The position numbers were made by a program, and so were the translations under genes. A stretch of 64,000 bases of DNA from Glaucostegus cemiculus (taxonomy: Eukaryota): assembly GCA_976551045.1 (NCBI GenBank), contig CDPCPM010000370.1:1426001-1490000 (forward strand), written 5' to 3'. The notes beneath the pieces were generated by a model. That model saw only the letters and a list, made by a program, of their open reading frames with translations. It had not been told where the DNA came from and made no database searches. Below, one piece after another: positions 12,301-26,280 of the stretch. Position 1 is the first letter of the stretch; the number at the start of each line of letters is the position of its first letter.

Positions 12301-13800
12301 CAATAGGGAGTTGTGGAAAACAGCAGAGAAGATTCCTGGGCCCCTGGAAAGATTTTGTTTCTTGATTAGCCACGGGTGTGGCAGCAGATGACTGGAAGAT
12401 AGCTGATGTTGCGTCTTTTATTTGAGAAAGTCTGCAACGTCAAGGAAGGGAATTACAGAAACGCAGAAAAAGCCGGAGAATTTCAATGGTTCAGGCAGCA
12501 TCCATGGAGGGAAATGAACGATCGACGGTTCGATAATTAACTCAAGTAAAACCTGTTATCACATCTGTTATTTGGGAAAGAAATAATGGAAAACGGAAAT
12601 AGATTATCTTGTTTCGCATCCGAAATAAAACGTGTAATATTAGGGAGCTGTATGGAACCATCAAACTGTCTTCCTGAAATAAAGGCAGTCGTCAAATCAA
12701 TGAAACTAAACACCGACAAGTACCCTGGATCAGAGACCCTGAATACGAGTGCCCTGAAGGAAATGACTGCTGACACAGAAAGTCTGTGGATTATAATCTG
12801 TGAAAATACCTCGATGTTCTGCATAGTGTCCAGAAGAGATTCCAATCTACATTGAGAGCTTCAAAAAAAGCAACCAGGATTCGGAGAGGACAGGCAACAT
12901 CTGTTCTGGGGAAAATACTGTAATCCATGAGTGAGGACATTTATTCCCTGTGGTTATATGAAAGGGAACACATGTGCCGAACACATTTGACGGAATTCAA
13001 CCAGCAGATAGTGGAGCTGAATTTGCTTTCTAATCTGCGTTTGGTTTTGCAAACCCATTCGGCAGATTGCGCAACAGGGCTGACTGTTCAAGGTAACAGT
13101 TTGCAGGGTTGTGGGATTCACCGGTGTGGATTTGGGATTTTTTTTTTTAAAAGAGAAAAATAGAATCCTGACGTTTGCTGACTGGAAATCATTATCATGT
13201 GGTGCACAGCAATGTCAGTCGTAATATCTCAACTAATTGCAACCCGTATTCATGACCATGAGGTGCACAAATATTGGGAATTGTTACATGGCCCTGATGC
13301 AACCGTATTGTGAGATGGTTTTGATCCCCATATGCAGAGGATGGTATTCTTTATTTCCAGACAGTACAGAGGTTCACCAAGTTGATTCCTGCGCCAATGG
13401 GTTGACATATAAAATAAGCTTTTAAATTCGTGCACAAAACTCACAAGAGTTTAGAAGACGAAGAGATGATCTGATTGAAATATGTCCGATTCTGAAAAGG
13501 ATTAACGACGCACGTGCTGAGAGGAAGTCTCCTCAAGTGAATACACAGAACCAAGGGCGTTGTTTCAGAAAAGGCATCGACGATGAAGGCGAAGATAAGG
13601 CAGGATTCTGTCACTGAGCGTGACACTTTGGACTTCTGTACTCTCGGGAAATATGGATGTGGAAGCATTCAACACATACAAGTTAGAGTCTAATGGAAAT
13701 TTGAATCACAAGGCAGGCAAGGAGTAGGTGGACTAAGACGGTAGGTGGAACTGAGGCCAAGAGGCAGTGGTCTGTTCGAGGCGTGGAGTAGCCCGGAGAG
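9380..13800 (+). mobile_element. Patchwork of highly decayed CR1-type LINE fragments
   Basis: Endonuclease- and RT-like remnants around 10.9-12.4 kb and 12.6-13.8 kb, similar to the reverse complement of the minus-strand CR1 copies. Many stops. Confidence 0.5.
11205..11420 (-). mobile_element. tRNA-derived V-SINE/HE1-like SINE
   Basis: B-box-like GGGTTCAAATCC followed by GGAGTTTGTACGTTCTC and GGGTGCTCCGGTTTCCTCC core on the minus strand. Confidence 0.75.
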
Positions 13801-14339
13801 GTGCACTAATCTCTTCTACACTAAAGTAAATTTTCCTATTGTTTGTTTTCCATCTCATGACGCTCTATACAGATGTATGACCAGTTCATCTCCCACGGTC
13901 TTCTGCAAAAATCTGCCAGCACTTAACATTAAATGAGAGAACGTCGCCGTTCTTTTTTTTTATTTCCTTCTTAAGTTCGGTCCCTTATAATTTGGTGCCC
14001 TTTGTATGAGACGTGACATGCACAAATGCCATATTTTAATGAGATTCAATGTCAGAATTATGATGAACGAAATAATGTTTCATGGAACGGCTCCAGAGAA
14101 ACGGGGGGAAATGCTAATTTCGCCCGTCAAGCCTGCCCCACAATTCAATTTGACCATCGGTGGTCGTCAATTTCTGGCCCCTGACCCTGCTATTACTTCT
14201 GAGCTCAAGATCGAAAACTGACACTTTTCTAAATATAATTAATGATTTGGTGATTGATTTCACTCCTATTCCCACAGCGTCCATCCAGTCAGCACTGGCC
14301 TTCTCTCCACACTCTCGGAACAGTATCATGAAATTGTTC

Positions 14340-15330
14340 ATAAAAATGTTCCTTCGGGTAACCAGTAGGAACACGTGTTGACGAATGAGAGTTGTGTCTC
14401 TGGGCAGATTTTGGAGTCACTGCTTCGAAATCACCATCGCTGGCCTTCTCTCCCTGCGCAGCGGACTGGAAGCAGCTCATTAATTTCTCTGCACGGAATC
14501 CACAGGTGTTTCCGTTCAGTTACAATGTGAGGTCCTGCTCGTGTCGGACTGTGAAATGTTGGAGTCTGGCCACAGAACATGACAAAAGGGTGAGCTGAGT
14601 GAGAATTAAAATAAAATTAAATACTAAGTATTGAAGTATGTTTGTAAAATTGTAAGTTGTATTACCAGTGGCCAAACGGATCAAGAGACATGTGGAGTTA
14701 GCACGAGGGATCGAATTTGGAGATCCGCCATGTATAAGTTAAATGGGGAAATAGGTTCTAGGTGTCGATTGGCCATTCTCATTATGTTTCGTATGTTCCT
14801 AACCGTTATTGATATCAATGACATCTCTGTAGATTTGAGACCAATCAACTCCCAATGCGTTCTGCGAAAGATAAATGGAACAAAACATTAAACAAGACTA
14901 AAATTGTCTTTCATTTATTGACAACACATATTTCTTCGAAACTTTTATTATTGCACGGATCTGTACATCGAATTATCAATAGTAAAGCTTTATAAATATG
15001 ATTCCATGAGAACTGCATTGTGAAAAATTTGATGGCTAATGGAATTATGTATATCATTCTCTATCCAGCGAAATTCTGCAGCTCTCCTTTAAATTACGTG
15101 GCCGGAGAACAACATGTCACTGTCAGCTCAGAATGTAACTGAAAGGAAACACCTGTGGATTCTGTGCAAAGAAATCACTGTGTTGTTTCCAGCCCGCTTC
15201 TCACAGAGCGAAAGTCAATGTTAGTGAAAAGTACACCTCAAGATAAAACTCTGCCCAGCAACAGATCTCTCATACTGCCGGAGCTGGTTCTAATTGGTTA
15301 CCTTGTGCGTCATTCTGATTGAAGTTTTAA
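14340..15330. repeat. Inverted-repeat pair with arms at about 14340-14575 and 15095-15330
   Basis: Reverse complement of 14458-14524 matches 15134-15200 at about 57/67 by hand count. A paralogous pair lies at 62.76-63.71 kb. Confidence 0.85.
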
Positions 15331-16708
15331 TGTTATAAATTCTGAGCAAGTGGACCCTGGTGGTTGGGATTGCTTGGGATGTGACGTCACGACTACAATG
15401 GGTTTCAAAGACTCTAAAATTCTAGATTAGGCCCAAATTTAGTGATTACCTGACCCATAAACACCAAGGAACTCGGGTGCTGGGAATGACTGAGAGTCAT
15501 ACACAACTTAGTTTTCTTTCCTGCTAAGCGAAGTCCGGATGTGTCCACAATCGTCTGTCATCCTCACATTAAACCTGTGTTAATGGAGTGAACTCCCCTT
15601 TGTGAAAGTTACTGGCTGAATGCAAGCAGATCAATGTCAACATTTTAAACATCACTGGAATGAACACAGGAGCGTGTGTTCCTGATCATGAGGACATAGG
15701 AATTATACTCACCGACCAATGTTGAGTTCCGGGTGACACGATGTGACTTCCTGAACTAAACATCTCTTCCCCACCCATGACTGTTAATTTGACGGGAATG
15801 TTTCCTTTTCCCATATTCTGTTTTATGTCCGTACCTGTATTGCTATTAAGTGTTAACAATTTCATTGTCTCCAGGAATTACAAATTACGTTGCATTCTGG
15901 GTCCATTTTATCATTTAGTTGATTTTTAAAATTAAAATATACTATTTTCTGCCCATGATACCTATTGAAACATGGTCACGAATTCATGTTTGAGCTTACG
16001 TGGAATTCCCTCTTTAGTCACTCCGAATGCAGTGACATCACAGGTGAGGTACAAAGCGATCTGCATTAACACTGTTCCTTGAAATACTCCACAGCAAAAG
16101 AAACAGTTGATATCAGCAGAGAAAAGAGTTCACGATGCGAATTCATTGGATATGTCCAGGGCTGGGTATGTCTATTCTGGACACAGAGCCAAATTCCCTT
16201 GAATCGTTTCCATCAGATACGCAGGGACAGCGTCACGGAGCTCCCACAACTCCCCGTTGAGTTCTCCCGGGCAATGGTTAACACATTCTGTTCAGAGTAA
16301 GCCTACTGCACATGCACTATAACACAATAGACGATGTGGCATAGATACCGAAAAGCAGTTCTTCCAAATTGTCCTATGAATCATCTGCAAGAATTGCCTA
16401 CATGGTAAACCTCCAACACTGTGCTCCTAAAAACATTCCCAGGGCAGGGAGAAAAGCTTCATCTATCCGCCTCATCAAACTCTCCTTGGGCAATTGCAAT
16501 ATGGGTCTGATTCACAGTTTTCTTAATTCTGAGCACTGCATGCACGCTTTACATATTACTGCATAACTCATGCCGTATACTCCGATCAACTCTGCACAAG
16601 ACCCGAAATTCAGGCCGAGACTTCACTTCCTTAGACATAGACATCCAAGTACTGCGTGGTAACGTTGATCAGAAACATGGCATGTAGGCGATCAAATGGG
16701 GGGAGTGA

Positions 16709-16739
16709 AAGAGATAGAGATAGAGAGAGAGAGAGAGAG
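16709..16739. repeat. (AG)n microsatellite
   Basis: Direct reading. Confidence 0.85.
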
Positions 16740-17544
16740 CTGTAGAAAAAATCTCCCTGCACCCCATTTGTTGTGTTTCCATTCCCGATGACTGCTAGGG
16801 ACCTTTACTCAATCTGAGACCAGATTGAATGCCCATTTTATTTCCCGCTGACTGATAGAAGACCATCTAAAACATTCACCATTGTTGCTGGATAGTCTGA
16901 AGATTTGCATCTCGCCCTTTCTAAATCTGTTCTGCGTTCGCGGGGACAATTTTATTCTGTTTCTGACTCTTGTGTTCTAATTTGGGACTTATATTTCTGA
17001 GATTAGATACACCAATGCCGACGTCTCGTCCAGCTGTGTCCCGGGTTTAGCGAGATACATTCTCAAAAGTTAATTATTGATTTTCCGCAAATGACCAGAG
17101 AGGTTATTTCAAGAATATTGGCAGCTGGTACAAAATGAACTGAAGTTGCTCGGACAGTAACATCAGACTTTATCTTCTGCAAACAGACAAGCTGTGATTT
17201 ACATCCAATAGGAGAACAGGGAACATTAAGATGGCTGTAATGCGAGTTGCCCAGATTGCAGCAGTATGGAGCCACTGTGGTGTGCTGAAATACGTCGGTG
17301 ATCAGAATGCAGTGAAATATGCGGCAATGAATGCCCAACAAGCGCTCAACTCCAAATCATATATTTTTCATTGAGGAACATTGTTGAATAAATATAAACG
17401 TGATCTGGTAACGAATGACACAAGTGCACATATTGGAGTCCATTAATTCAATATTTTCATATGACGTAGATTCCCTTTCAATAACCTGCCAACTTAGGGG
17501 AACGGATTTGACGACATTATATCGCTATGTTTATACTGAGAACT

Positions 17545-17856
17545 TTTAGTCCAGTTTTTTCTTCATGTTGTTTTTTTTTTCCCAAATGTTTCTGTTTCGT
17601 TTACTTTATTAGATATATTGTTATATTTTTCTTATTGATTTGAGTTTTTCTCTTTCTTTTTTTTTCAAATTTAAATAATAAATCGTTTTCATTCCTTCCA
17701 TTCATATTATATTCATTTACAAAGAGACCGTTGGATCTACATTTTTTAAAATATTTTATTGTTCTTTATGAGTACCTATGCTATGATTACTATCCTGATA
17801 TTTGTATTACAGGTACAAATACTGATGCTATGTATTAATCTGTATTAATAAAAAGA
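17545..17856 (+). mobile_element. L1/Tx1-like 3' UTR fragment
   Basis: T-rich tract ending AATAAAAAG, similar to the reverse complement of 36.75-37.05 kb and 63.7-64.0 kb. Confidence 0.45.
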
Positions 17857-20800
17857 ACAGAAAGGCAAGTGCACATGTCAATATGGCGAGGGTTTAGAAC
17901 AATGTAAACAGCGGAACTATCCAAACCAGGGCCCTGCTTCAATATGACTTAACAAGTCTGTGTCCCAGTTACAGTTAAATTAGGCCTGACTTAACATGTC
18001 GCTGCAGGAGACCATGCACTTTGTCTTCTCTGAGTTAAGATTCAACGAGAGCACTTGTGCTTTACATTACTCCTGACGATTTCTGTTTCATTACGGTTGT
18101 TCACCTTCCACTGTCAATGATATCTGGGGCTTTGGCTGAATTTTCCTTGGCAAAACTGAGTTCTGTCTTCGTTTATTTATTTTTATTACACCAGTCCTTA
18201 ATTCAGTTACCAATGCACCTCGCCACTATTAACCTAATACTCTCTCTGAATATGCCACTGCACACCAAATACCCCCCTCTACTAACAATACCCGGCTTTT
18301 GTTTAAACCATGCTTCTGGTCACGTTGCATTTGACTCTTTTCATATTATTGCATCAGTCCATGCCACAGCCTATATTTCTCAAGGTCCAGTCTGTGTGGT
18401 TATCAACCTATCTCTGTCCAAGCCCTGTCTCTGTTAGCAAGTCATCATTTTTTTTTCATTTGTATTACCTTAGGCGCACTTAATATAAATTGCACAAAGT
18501 CTTGTGTTTGTTAAATTCACTGTACTCGAACTCTGTCAATGTTGCCTTGTCTCTGACTATATTTGCATTGTTATAACTATTCCATCATTTGTTTCATCAT
18601 GTGTCTCAGCTGGTTAAATAGGTATGAAGAAACTTCATGCGAGAACAGACTAGCTTTCTTTTAAATATGCATTTTGTTTCAATTACACCATATCTTCACT
18701 CCTATTACAGGTCACCTTCACCAACATTCTGTAATAAAAGTGCCTGTCTGTACATATCACAGAGAATCAAAGAGGGCACCAGGTAACACCTCATCGGCAA
18801 AGCTCCAATTTCCTTGGGGCACGGTTCAGCAGTAGACTCTGAGGCATCAGGTGGTTTCCGTGCTTCCATTCCTGGAAATGAAACCCAAGATAGCCCACTG
18901 AGCTAAGACTGATTCAATTCATCTTTATCTCCCATTTCCTTCACCGTTCCTGAGTCAGTTCACTAAATACTTCTATTTCTCTTGAAGTTGGGCTCAGCAG
19001 TGTTGTTGCGCATCTTTCATAAGCAGTTCCATCAACGGTCCCCGATCCTCACCCATAATTATAGTATCCCCGATTCCTGTTTATTTCCTTCTATTGATAC
19101 TGCATGTGTTGTCAACAGGAGCCGGCATTATGTCAAAGTTATAGGAGAGCATCACTGTGGCAGACACTGGCTTTGTTATTCACTCAGTAGATATCGCCTC
19201 TGTTTTCTATCACTCTTTGTCCTGATTTGACTCTGTCCACGTTGGTTCCTGTTTCTGTCCAAACAGCACTGAATTTGGCCTCTGGGATTGTTGGAAAATA
19301 TCATGCGATTCCGATCCCAGGTCTTGTATATTCTGCAGTTGAGCCATACCCTGCCCCTGCTGCTGTTGCTATTCAATTACCGAATATTCCCAGGACTACC
19401 CCTGTCTCTACCGACTTCCACAACAAATTTTCACATTCCATAAACGTGTATTTTCTTCCTTTAGTACATAAACTAACAATCAGAGTATCCTGGAGTGACA
19501 TAAGCTGTTTGTATCAAACGAGGAATATATATATATTTTTATTTTATTAGGCCATGGATTGCATGTGGGCATCACACAGGATCATCAGTAACCTCTTGCA
19601 GATCCAGCCTTTATTGAAGTAAAATAGGTGGTTTCTCAATTTCCAGGCACTGTGTTGGTTTTTATGACATTTACACCATTTTTGTATTCACACTGGTTTT
19701 GGATAGTTTTGCGGATTTGTCTCAACTTGCAATGGTTCTTTTGTAATGAATGCAATCAAACCAATTCCCTTCTTTAATTTTAAATACTCGCAACATTTCA
19801 GTCGAGTGTTGGAGCAGGTGTTTGCGGTCCCACGGGCGAAGGAAACAAGCGACGTTCCTTGAATAGTCCAATATCCACGAATTCAGTCAGCAGCGTTGGG
19901 ACTTCATCACTTTTTTGATACTCAGAAACTGCGTCCTTCAACACACCCGTGCTGTGGGCGCGCTATCTAGTCAGGAAGCAAACATTAGGACCCTGCGGAT
20001 TCTCAGTATTTTGTGCAACGAGGAGAGCTTCTCCTCACACATGAGGCACCTCGACTGTGTATCTGCTGCCCTCTCGTGCTGCTTAATGTTCATTGCAGGA
20101 TTTTGAATTAGGATGAAGTTCGGAAAACATAATGTCTCTTTGTACATTGTCATGGTCTTACTTTCCAATTATAATGTTTGGGGCACTGAATATACGAATA
20201 CCACAGCGACCTTCAGATGTTACATTACACTTTTTCTCTCTGTGCATTAAGCAGAGACCCGCAATTCCTTTCATCACAAGAAACCTTGTCTTTCCTTGTA
20301 CTCCACTTGACCCTGCTTGAATCTGTATGTCAGTCCCCCAACCGGTTAAGTCCTGTTTCTGTATATGTTTATAATGGTCTCTTTCTCTGTTATACTTGCA
20401 CAACGCTCTGTCCCAATTGATATCACTTGTTGCCGTAATTTCGTTGATATTCCACTGGACTCTTGTCTCTGTTCACAATCTCTTCTACCCATTCATGTCA
20501 CACTCGGTGAAACCAACATTATTCTGGAGCACTTTCCTTCTTTCAAAATTGAAGACCATGAACATAAGATCAAGACTTTTGTGCCTGCTTTTAATATTGA
20601 CCCATTATCTTGATGGGCCGAAGGGCCTGTTCTGTGCTGTATTGTTCTATTGTTCTATTGTTCTATTGTCTATTTTTCACAAGGCCCTCGAACATTTTAT
20701 ATCAGATGGGTGCTGGCCTGTGCAATATTTTACCATACCCTGCCCCTGAATATATTAATTAATCGATGTCTTTTTTTTAATCTCTTTAGGATTTTATTTG

Positions 20801-21099
20801 TTTCTTCCACTTTTCTCCCGAACTACGTGCTTGTTGATGCCTGACCCTGGCTCTCTAATGGCTCACAAGGCCTTTTGATAATCGAGAATTTACAAGATTT
20901 TTTTTCTGAGGGGGCTAATCTCTGACTCATGTATTACCCGTCCGAAATGGCTCTTCAGAAGTTGGGGCTGATCTGACTCCTTGAGAAGCTGCAATCACTC
21001 TGGTGAAGCGGCTTCCAGGAGCGCTGCTGGAGAGGGAGTTCCAGTATTGAGACCCAGCGATGGTGAAGGGCAAGCGATATATTTCCATGTCATGACTTA

Positions 21100-22700
21100 A
21101 GTGTTATAAAGCACAGAAACAGACCCTTTGGCGCAACAGGTTCATGCTGACCAAGATGCCCATCGAAGCTAGTCCCATTGGCTAGTGTTTGGCCCACGTC
21201 CTCTCTCAACCTTTCGGATCTATGTACCTGTTAAACTGTTTTTTAAAAAATTGTTGTTGTATCTGTTTGAACCACTTCCTCAGGCAGTTCATTCCATATA
21301 TATCCCAACCTTCGTGTAAAAAAGTTGCCCCTCGAGTTCCTATTAAATATTTCCCCTCTCACCTTAATCATCTATGTATTTTTTTTAAATTCCCCAACCC
21401 TGGAAAAGAGACTGGTGCATTCACCCTTCCTAAGCCCCTCAAGATTTCATACACAGTGATTACACAAATACTAATTAAATGCTAGAGGACTGCTATCCTC
21501 CTCAGGAAACTGCCCTTTCAGTGGAAGTATTCTTCATCAGATCCCCTCTAATTCTCCTCCTACCCCTTACCTTAAACATCTGCCGTCTGATTATAGGCAT
21601 TTCTGCAAAGGGGAAACATTTCCAATTATCTCCCCTGTCTATACCCCTCATCATTCTGTACAACTCATTCAGGTCGCTCCTCAGCTCCTATGTTCCATGC
21701 CCTGGCTAATGAAGTCAAGTAGCCGAATTCTTAACTATTTGTGCTGTTGCCTACAGGAATCCTTCGACTTGCACATCACTGTCTCTCCGTTCCTCATTAC
21801 TTCTGACAGTCCCACCATTTATTGTGCATTACGTACCATCTTCAGTGCTCCCAAAATTCATTGGAAATAAGATTTCTTTATTAGTCACATGTACATCAAA
21901 ACACACAGTGAAATACATCTTTTTTGCGTAGAATGTTTGGGGTCAGCCAGCAGGTGTCGCCAAGCTTCCGGAAGCAACATTGCATGCACACGACTTCCGA
22001 ACCAGTTGTGTCTTTGGAATGTGGGATGAAACCGGAGCGCCCGGAGGAAACCCACGCAGTCACAGGAAGAACGTATAATCTCCTTACAAACAGCAGCTGT
22101 ATTTGAACCAGGGTTGTTGGCACTGTACTAGTGTTATGATAAAAGCTGCGCTACCGTGCCTCACATTTTTGAAGAATGAATTCCATCTGACATTACTCTT
22201 TTCATCTTGCCAACTGATCAATATTGTTCTGTAGCCAAAGACTGACCTTCTCCATAGCGACAAACCACAAATCTTCATATCATCTGGAACTTACTGATCA
22301 TACCTCCTACATTCACATACAGACTGTAAATGTGTATATCCACATGCAAAAGTCCCAGCTCCAGTTCCTGTGATACACCACCGGGCACAGACTTCTAATC
22401 ACAAAAGAACAACATTCTATCCTCTGCCTCTTATGAACAAGCAAATATTGGATCCAGTTTGTCAAGTTGACTTGAATCCCATGAGATTTTACCTTTAAAC
22501 CAATCTTCGATATGGCACCTTTTCAAAGGTCTCACTGAAGTCCATGTAGACTTCATCAACTGCACTACGCTCGATGAATCAAAATAGACAGACACGATTT
22601 CCCCGAACCAGACCACGCTAACAAACTCTGATCAATCCCTGTCTCTCCAAGAGCAGATTAATCCTGTCTTTAGAATTATTCTTATAATTTAGCTACCCTT
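21100..22700 (-). mobile_element. Decayed CR1-type LINE fragments interrupted by a SINE
   Basis: Similarity to the other CR1 3' and RT remnants in the window. Confidence 0.5.
21865..22160 (-). mobile_element. V-SINE/HE1-like SINE
   Basis: Minus strand has GGCACGGTAGCGC...GGTTCAAAT...GGGCGCTCCGGTTTCATCCCACATTCCAAAGAC...CATGTGACTAATAAAG. Same family as 26281-26577. Confidence 0.8.
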
Positions 22701-24429
22701 GTTGTGAAAGATGTGAATGCTACAGTAGCCTGAAGACCCATATTCAACCTTTTAGGAACAGTTTCTTCACCTCCGCCATCTGATTTCCGAATGGTCCACG
22801 AGCACATGAACACTGCCTCCTTATTCTTTGTCTTGCACTATTTACTTATGTTCCGATTTACAGTAATTCTTATCTCTTTGGACTTTACTGCTGCTGCAAA
22901 ACAGCAGATTTCCTGTCATACAACTCTGTGATAATAAACCTGATTCTGTTTCTGATAGTGTCATGGTTAATTTACGTGCTGAGCAGCCAGGGTTTCAGAC
23001 TCTTTGCTGCAGGCATGAGTTTGAGACCTGCCTTGGCAGCTGCTGAATTTATATTCAAGTAATTAAAAAGGCTACTGCTGTATTTTGAGGGCAACCAGTG
23101 GGTCGTGGTTTTCACATGTATGGCCTTTTCTTCTTGCCGGTTGCGGGTTCAGGTGGTGGCATATGCTATGAATATCTCAAAAGATCTCGCCTCTGAATCA
23201 CACAAGGCCTTGCGATCAGTTCTGAGTCATTGGATTTTGCCACTGTATAGATCAGAATCTCCTCTTTGTCAGTCTTGACTTCTTAGGATCCTGCAACTTT
23301 TTCTCTGTTTGACCTCGTCAATCCATATGTCACTGTCCATATGTCTATCTATTCTACTGTAAGTCATGCAGTTGATTTTGTTTGATTTTGTCTTTTCCAT
23401 GCAAGTATTACACTGCTCGCTTCCCCTCGTCATACTGATCCGGACATTGTCCTCTTTGGTATCACAAAAGGCCTTGAGTTTGTGCGGCTCACACTGAATC
23501 TTTATTTCTCTCTGTATTGCGCCAGGCTCTGTGCATGTTTATGTCACAAAGACCTTCGATTTTTGCTATATCATAATGCACACTCCTTCTATTTGTCCCA
23601 CGCAAGGTCATGGAACAGTTGATTTCATTCCAGATCTTGTCCCGCCGATTGTCTGCCGTTTGCCGTTTATTTATTCAGTTCTTGCCGATTTGTACGTCCC
23701 AGGTCAGTGAATGACAGCAGATGAATACGTGGACCACTATTGCCAAACGGTGTCATGTTCCATATTTGAGTTTTCCAATGCTCCTTCTCAGGTGCCTTCG
23801 CGAAGTGTATACTAACCCCATTCCCCACTCTTTGCAGAGATCGGTTTGTGAAATATGAATTCAGTTTTGCCTTTCAGCACATGAAGCGTGCTTACAAGTT
23901 CATTCTCTTTAGAAGAATAGCAGACACTTTGTGTTGCAGAATATCCTTCTGTCTCGTGTCGTGTGCAATGTTCTCCCGTTCTAATCCTTCGAATGAAATT
24001 ACATTTTCTTGCAATTCGTTGATTCTTGACAGATCCATATGCCTGTCTTAAAGATATGTCCGCCTTAATGTCGATTCTGTCAATATCCTTTGTGAAAGCT
24101 GTGCGGAAAAGCTTTCTAAAATGATCTGCAAAAAATTATATAATAGCACGGTGTCACATTACAGTAAATTTTGGTGCTGTTGAACTAACCAGTAATATAT
24201 TTTCTGTTTCATTTTCTGTTTATTCTTCACAGATGCCTCTCCTCTGTTGCATTTTTTTCTGCGCCAATCGTTTCAAATGAACGTGTTTACTTTTCACGTT
24301 AGTTATTAACCACGTTATTCTTTCGACTCTACTCTATTGGTAAACAGGTTTGTTATTTTCACATTTTCCCAGGAAGACTGGAAATCTTGTCTTGCATATC
24401 GCCCATACAGATCAATTTATTGCTGATCT

Positions 24430-24925
24430 GCATTGAGATAACACGAAATTAAACAATTAAAGAATATCGAATGAAGTGTTACAATTGCAGAAAAAAGTGC
24501 AATGCAGGTTGACAATAAGATGCAATGTCATAATGAGGTAGATTGTGAGGTCCATGTTATCGTACAGAGGAACCGTTCAATAGTCTTATTGCAGCGGGAT
24601 AGAAGCTGTCCTTGACCCTAATGGCACATTTTCTTAGCCTTTTTTACCTTCTGACCGATGGGAGAGGTGAGAACAGACAACGTCCGTGCATGTGATACTT
24701 AATTACGTTCGTTGCTTTACGGAGGCAGAGAGAAAATTAGACAGAGTCCTTGGAGTAGTGGCTGGTTTCCGTATTGTGTTAATCTGTGTCCAAAACTCAC
24801 TGGAGTTTCTTGCTGTCACGGGCAGAGTGGATGCCATACGAAGCCTTGGTGTTTTTGAACAGGTTGCATTCTGTGCTGATTTGATAAAATTGTTCAGGTC
24901 AATGGCGGTTTTAACTCGCTGACCA
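24430..24925 (-). mobile_element. Rex1/Babar-like LINE 3' fragment
   Basis: Homologous to 57.9-58.4 kb (GAACCGTTCAAT...TAGAAGCTGTCCT). Confidence 0.6.
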
Positions 24926-26280
24926 CCACAGTATCCAACAAATAATTATCTATGATAACTAAATCTGCAACTAAACATGTCTATGCAAAGATATGTAAGA
25001 GTGCGAGTGTACAGTTCATATATTTTCAGCTACAGACGATGTTTACGCTCCAAATATGCTTGCTGCCCTGTGGAGTACCTCCATTTATTTTTAAAACATT
25101 CAATTTCTGACGGTTTGATATGCCAAGGCTTTTGCAATGCCATGCAATGAACGTTTATCAAATCGTCAACTCTCCATTCCTGCCCTAATTCAGGGTAAAA
25201 TGCAGAGATAGATATATTTCCTTCAGCAGGGCATACAGTTACTTTTTCCACCTGTTGCAAGAAAATCAGACGGCAAAACTCACCTTCCTCTTCACAGCAG
25301 CTGTGTGTGCTGAAAGACATTGGCAAATCATTGCTTTCGTTCCAGACATCATGGTTTTGGTATTCCTGAACAGGAACCCAGTGCAACAGAACGGAGTGTG
25401 TGTCTTTTTCTTGATATGCCACATGGAAAAAGGTTTCTTTTCTTTTACAGGAAAAGAACACAATTCGTTCCTGTGTAAAATCTGATCTTCCGAGAAATAT
25501 AGAATCATTGGAACATAGGACCAGGCATATGGCATTGGGCCCGTTCCCTCTGTTTAAAAATTCTGCTAATCCTGGAATATTCTGATCTCTGTAACATTCC
25601 ACTGCTCCCCATGTCTAACCCCATTCATTTCCTGCCAATAAATATTTCCAACTATGTATTGAATATTTCCGGTAAATTGACTACCGACACTTCTTTTCGG
25701 TCTCCACCTGTTTTTTTTTCCTCCTCTTTTGAATATTAAATACATTTTCCCAGAGTTTGAGAGAGCAACCACACAGAAAATATCCTCACTGTATCCAGTA
25801 CGCCGAATCCCGAAAGAATGTTGCAGGCTTTAATAAGGTATTCATTTATTCTTGTAAACTAAAATGAATGCAAATGTCGTCGACCGAATCCTCCACATCC
25901 ACCATCTAACAAATCGGCCTGTGAACCATCGTGGAAAGTGTATCCGTTCTCAGGTAAGTTGCGTAAAATTGCACACTATACCCCATGTGTAATCTCTATT
26001 GTATCTTGTGCATCTGCAGTAGGAACTGCTTTTCTCTTTACCCAAAGCCTCTTGCAATGAAAGTCGATCTGTCGATTGCCTTTACAGGTGTTTGCTGCAC
26101 CTGTATGTTTGCTTTCAGTGACTGGTGTACAAGGGACATTATTCCGTGAATCGTCAATCACTCAAACAACGCAACAGTAACTATGACAACTGCACTAGCG
26201 GGTATTCCTTGCTCTTTTGGGGAAGATGGCTGTCGCTGACCCTCCTTTCATGGCTCCTTTCATAGCTCCTTTCATACCAT

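Noticed and set aside
16060-16290. Minus-strand translation with GSSVTLS and FSLLISTV, suggestive of an IgSF V-type exon
   Set aside because: It needs frameshifts, has a stop, and lacks the canonical Cys pair and D-x-x-x-Y-x-C motif.
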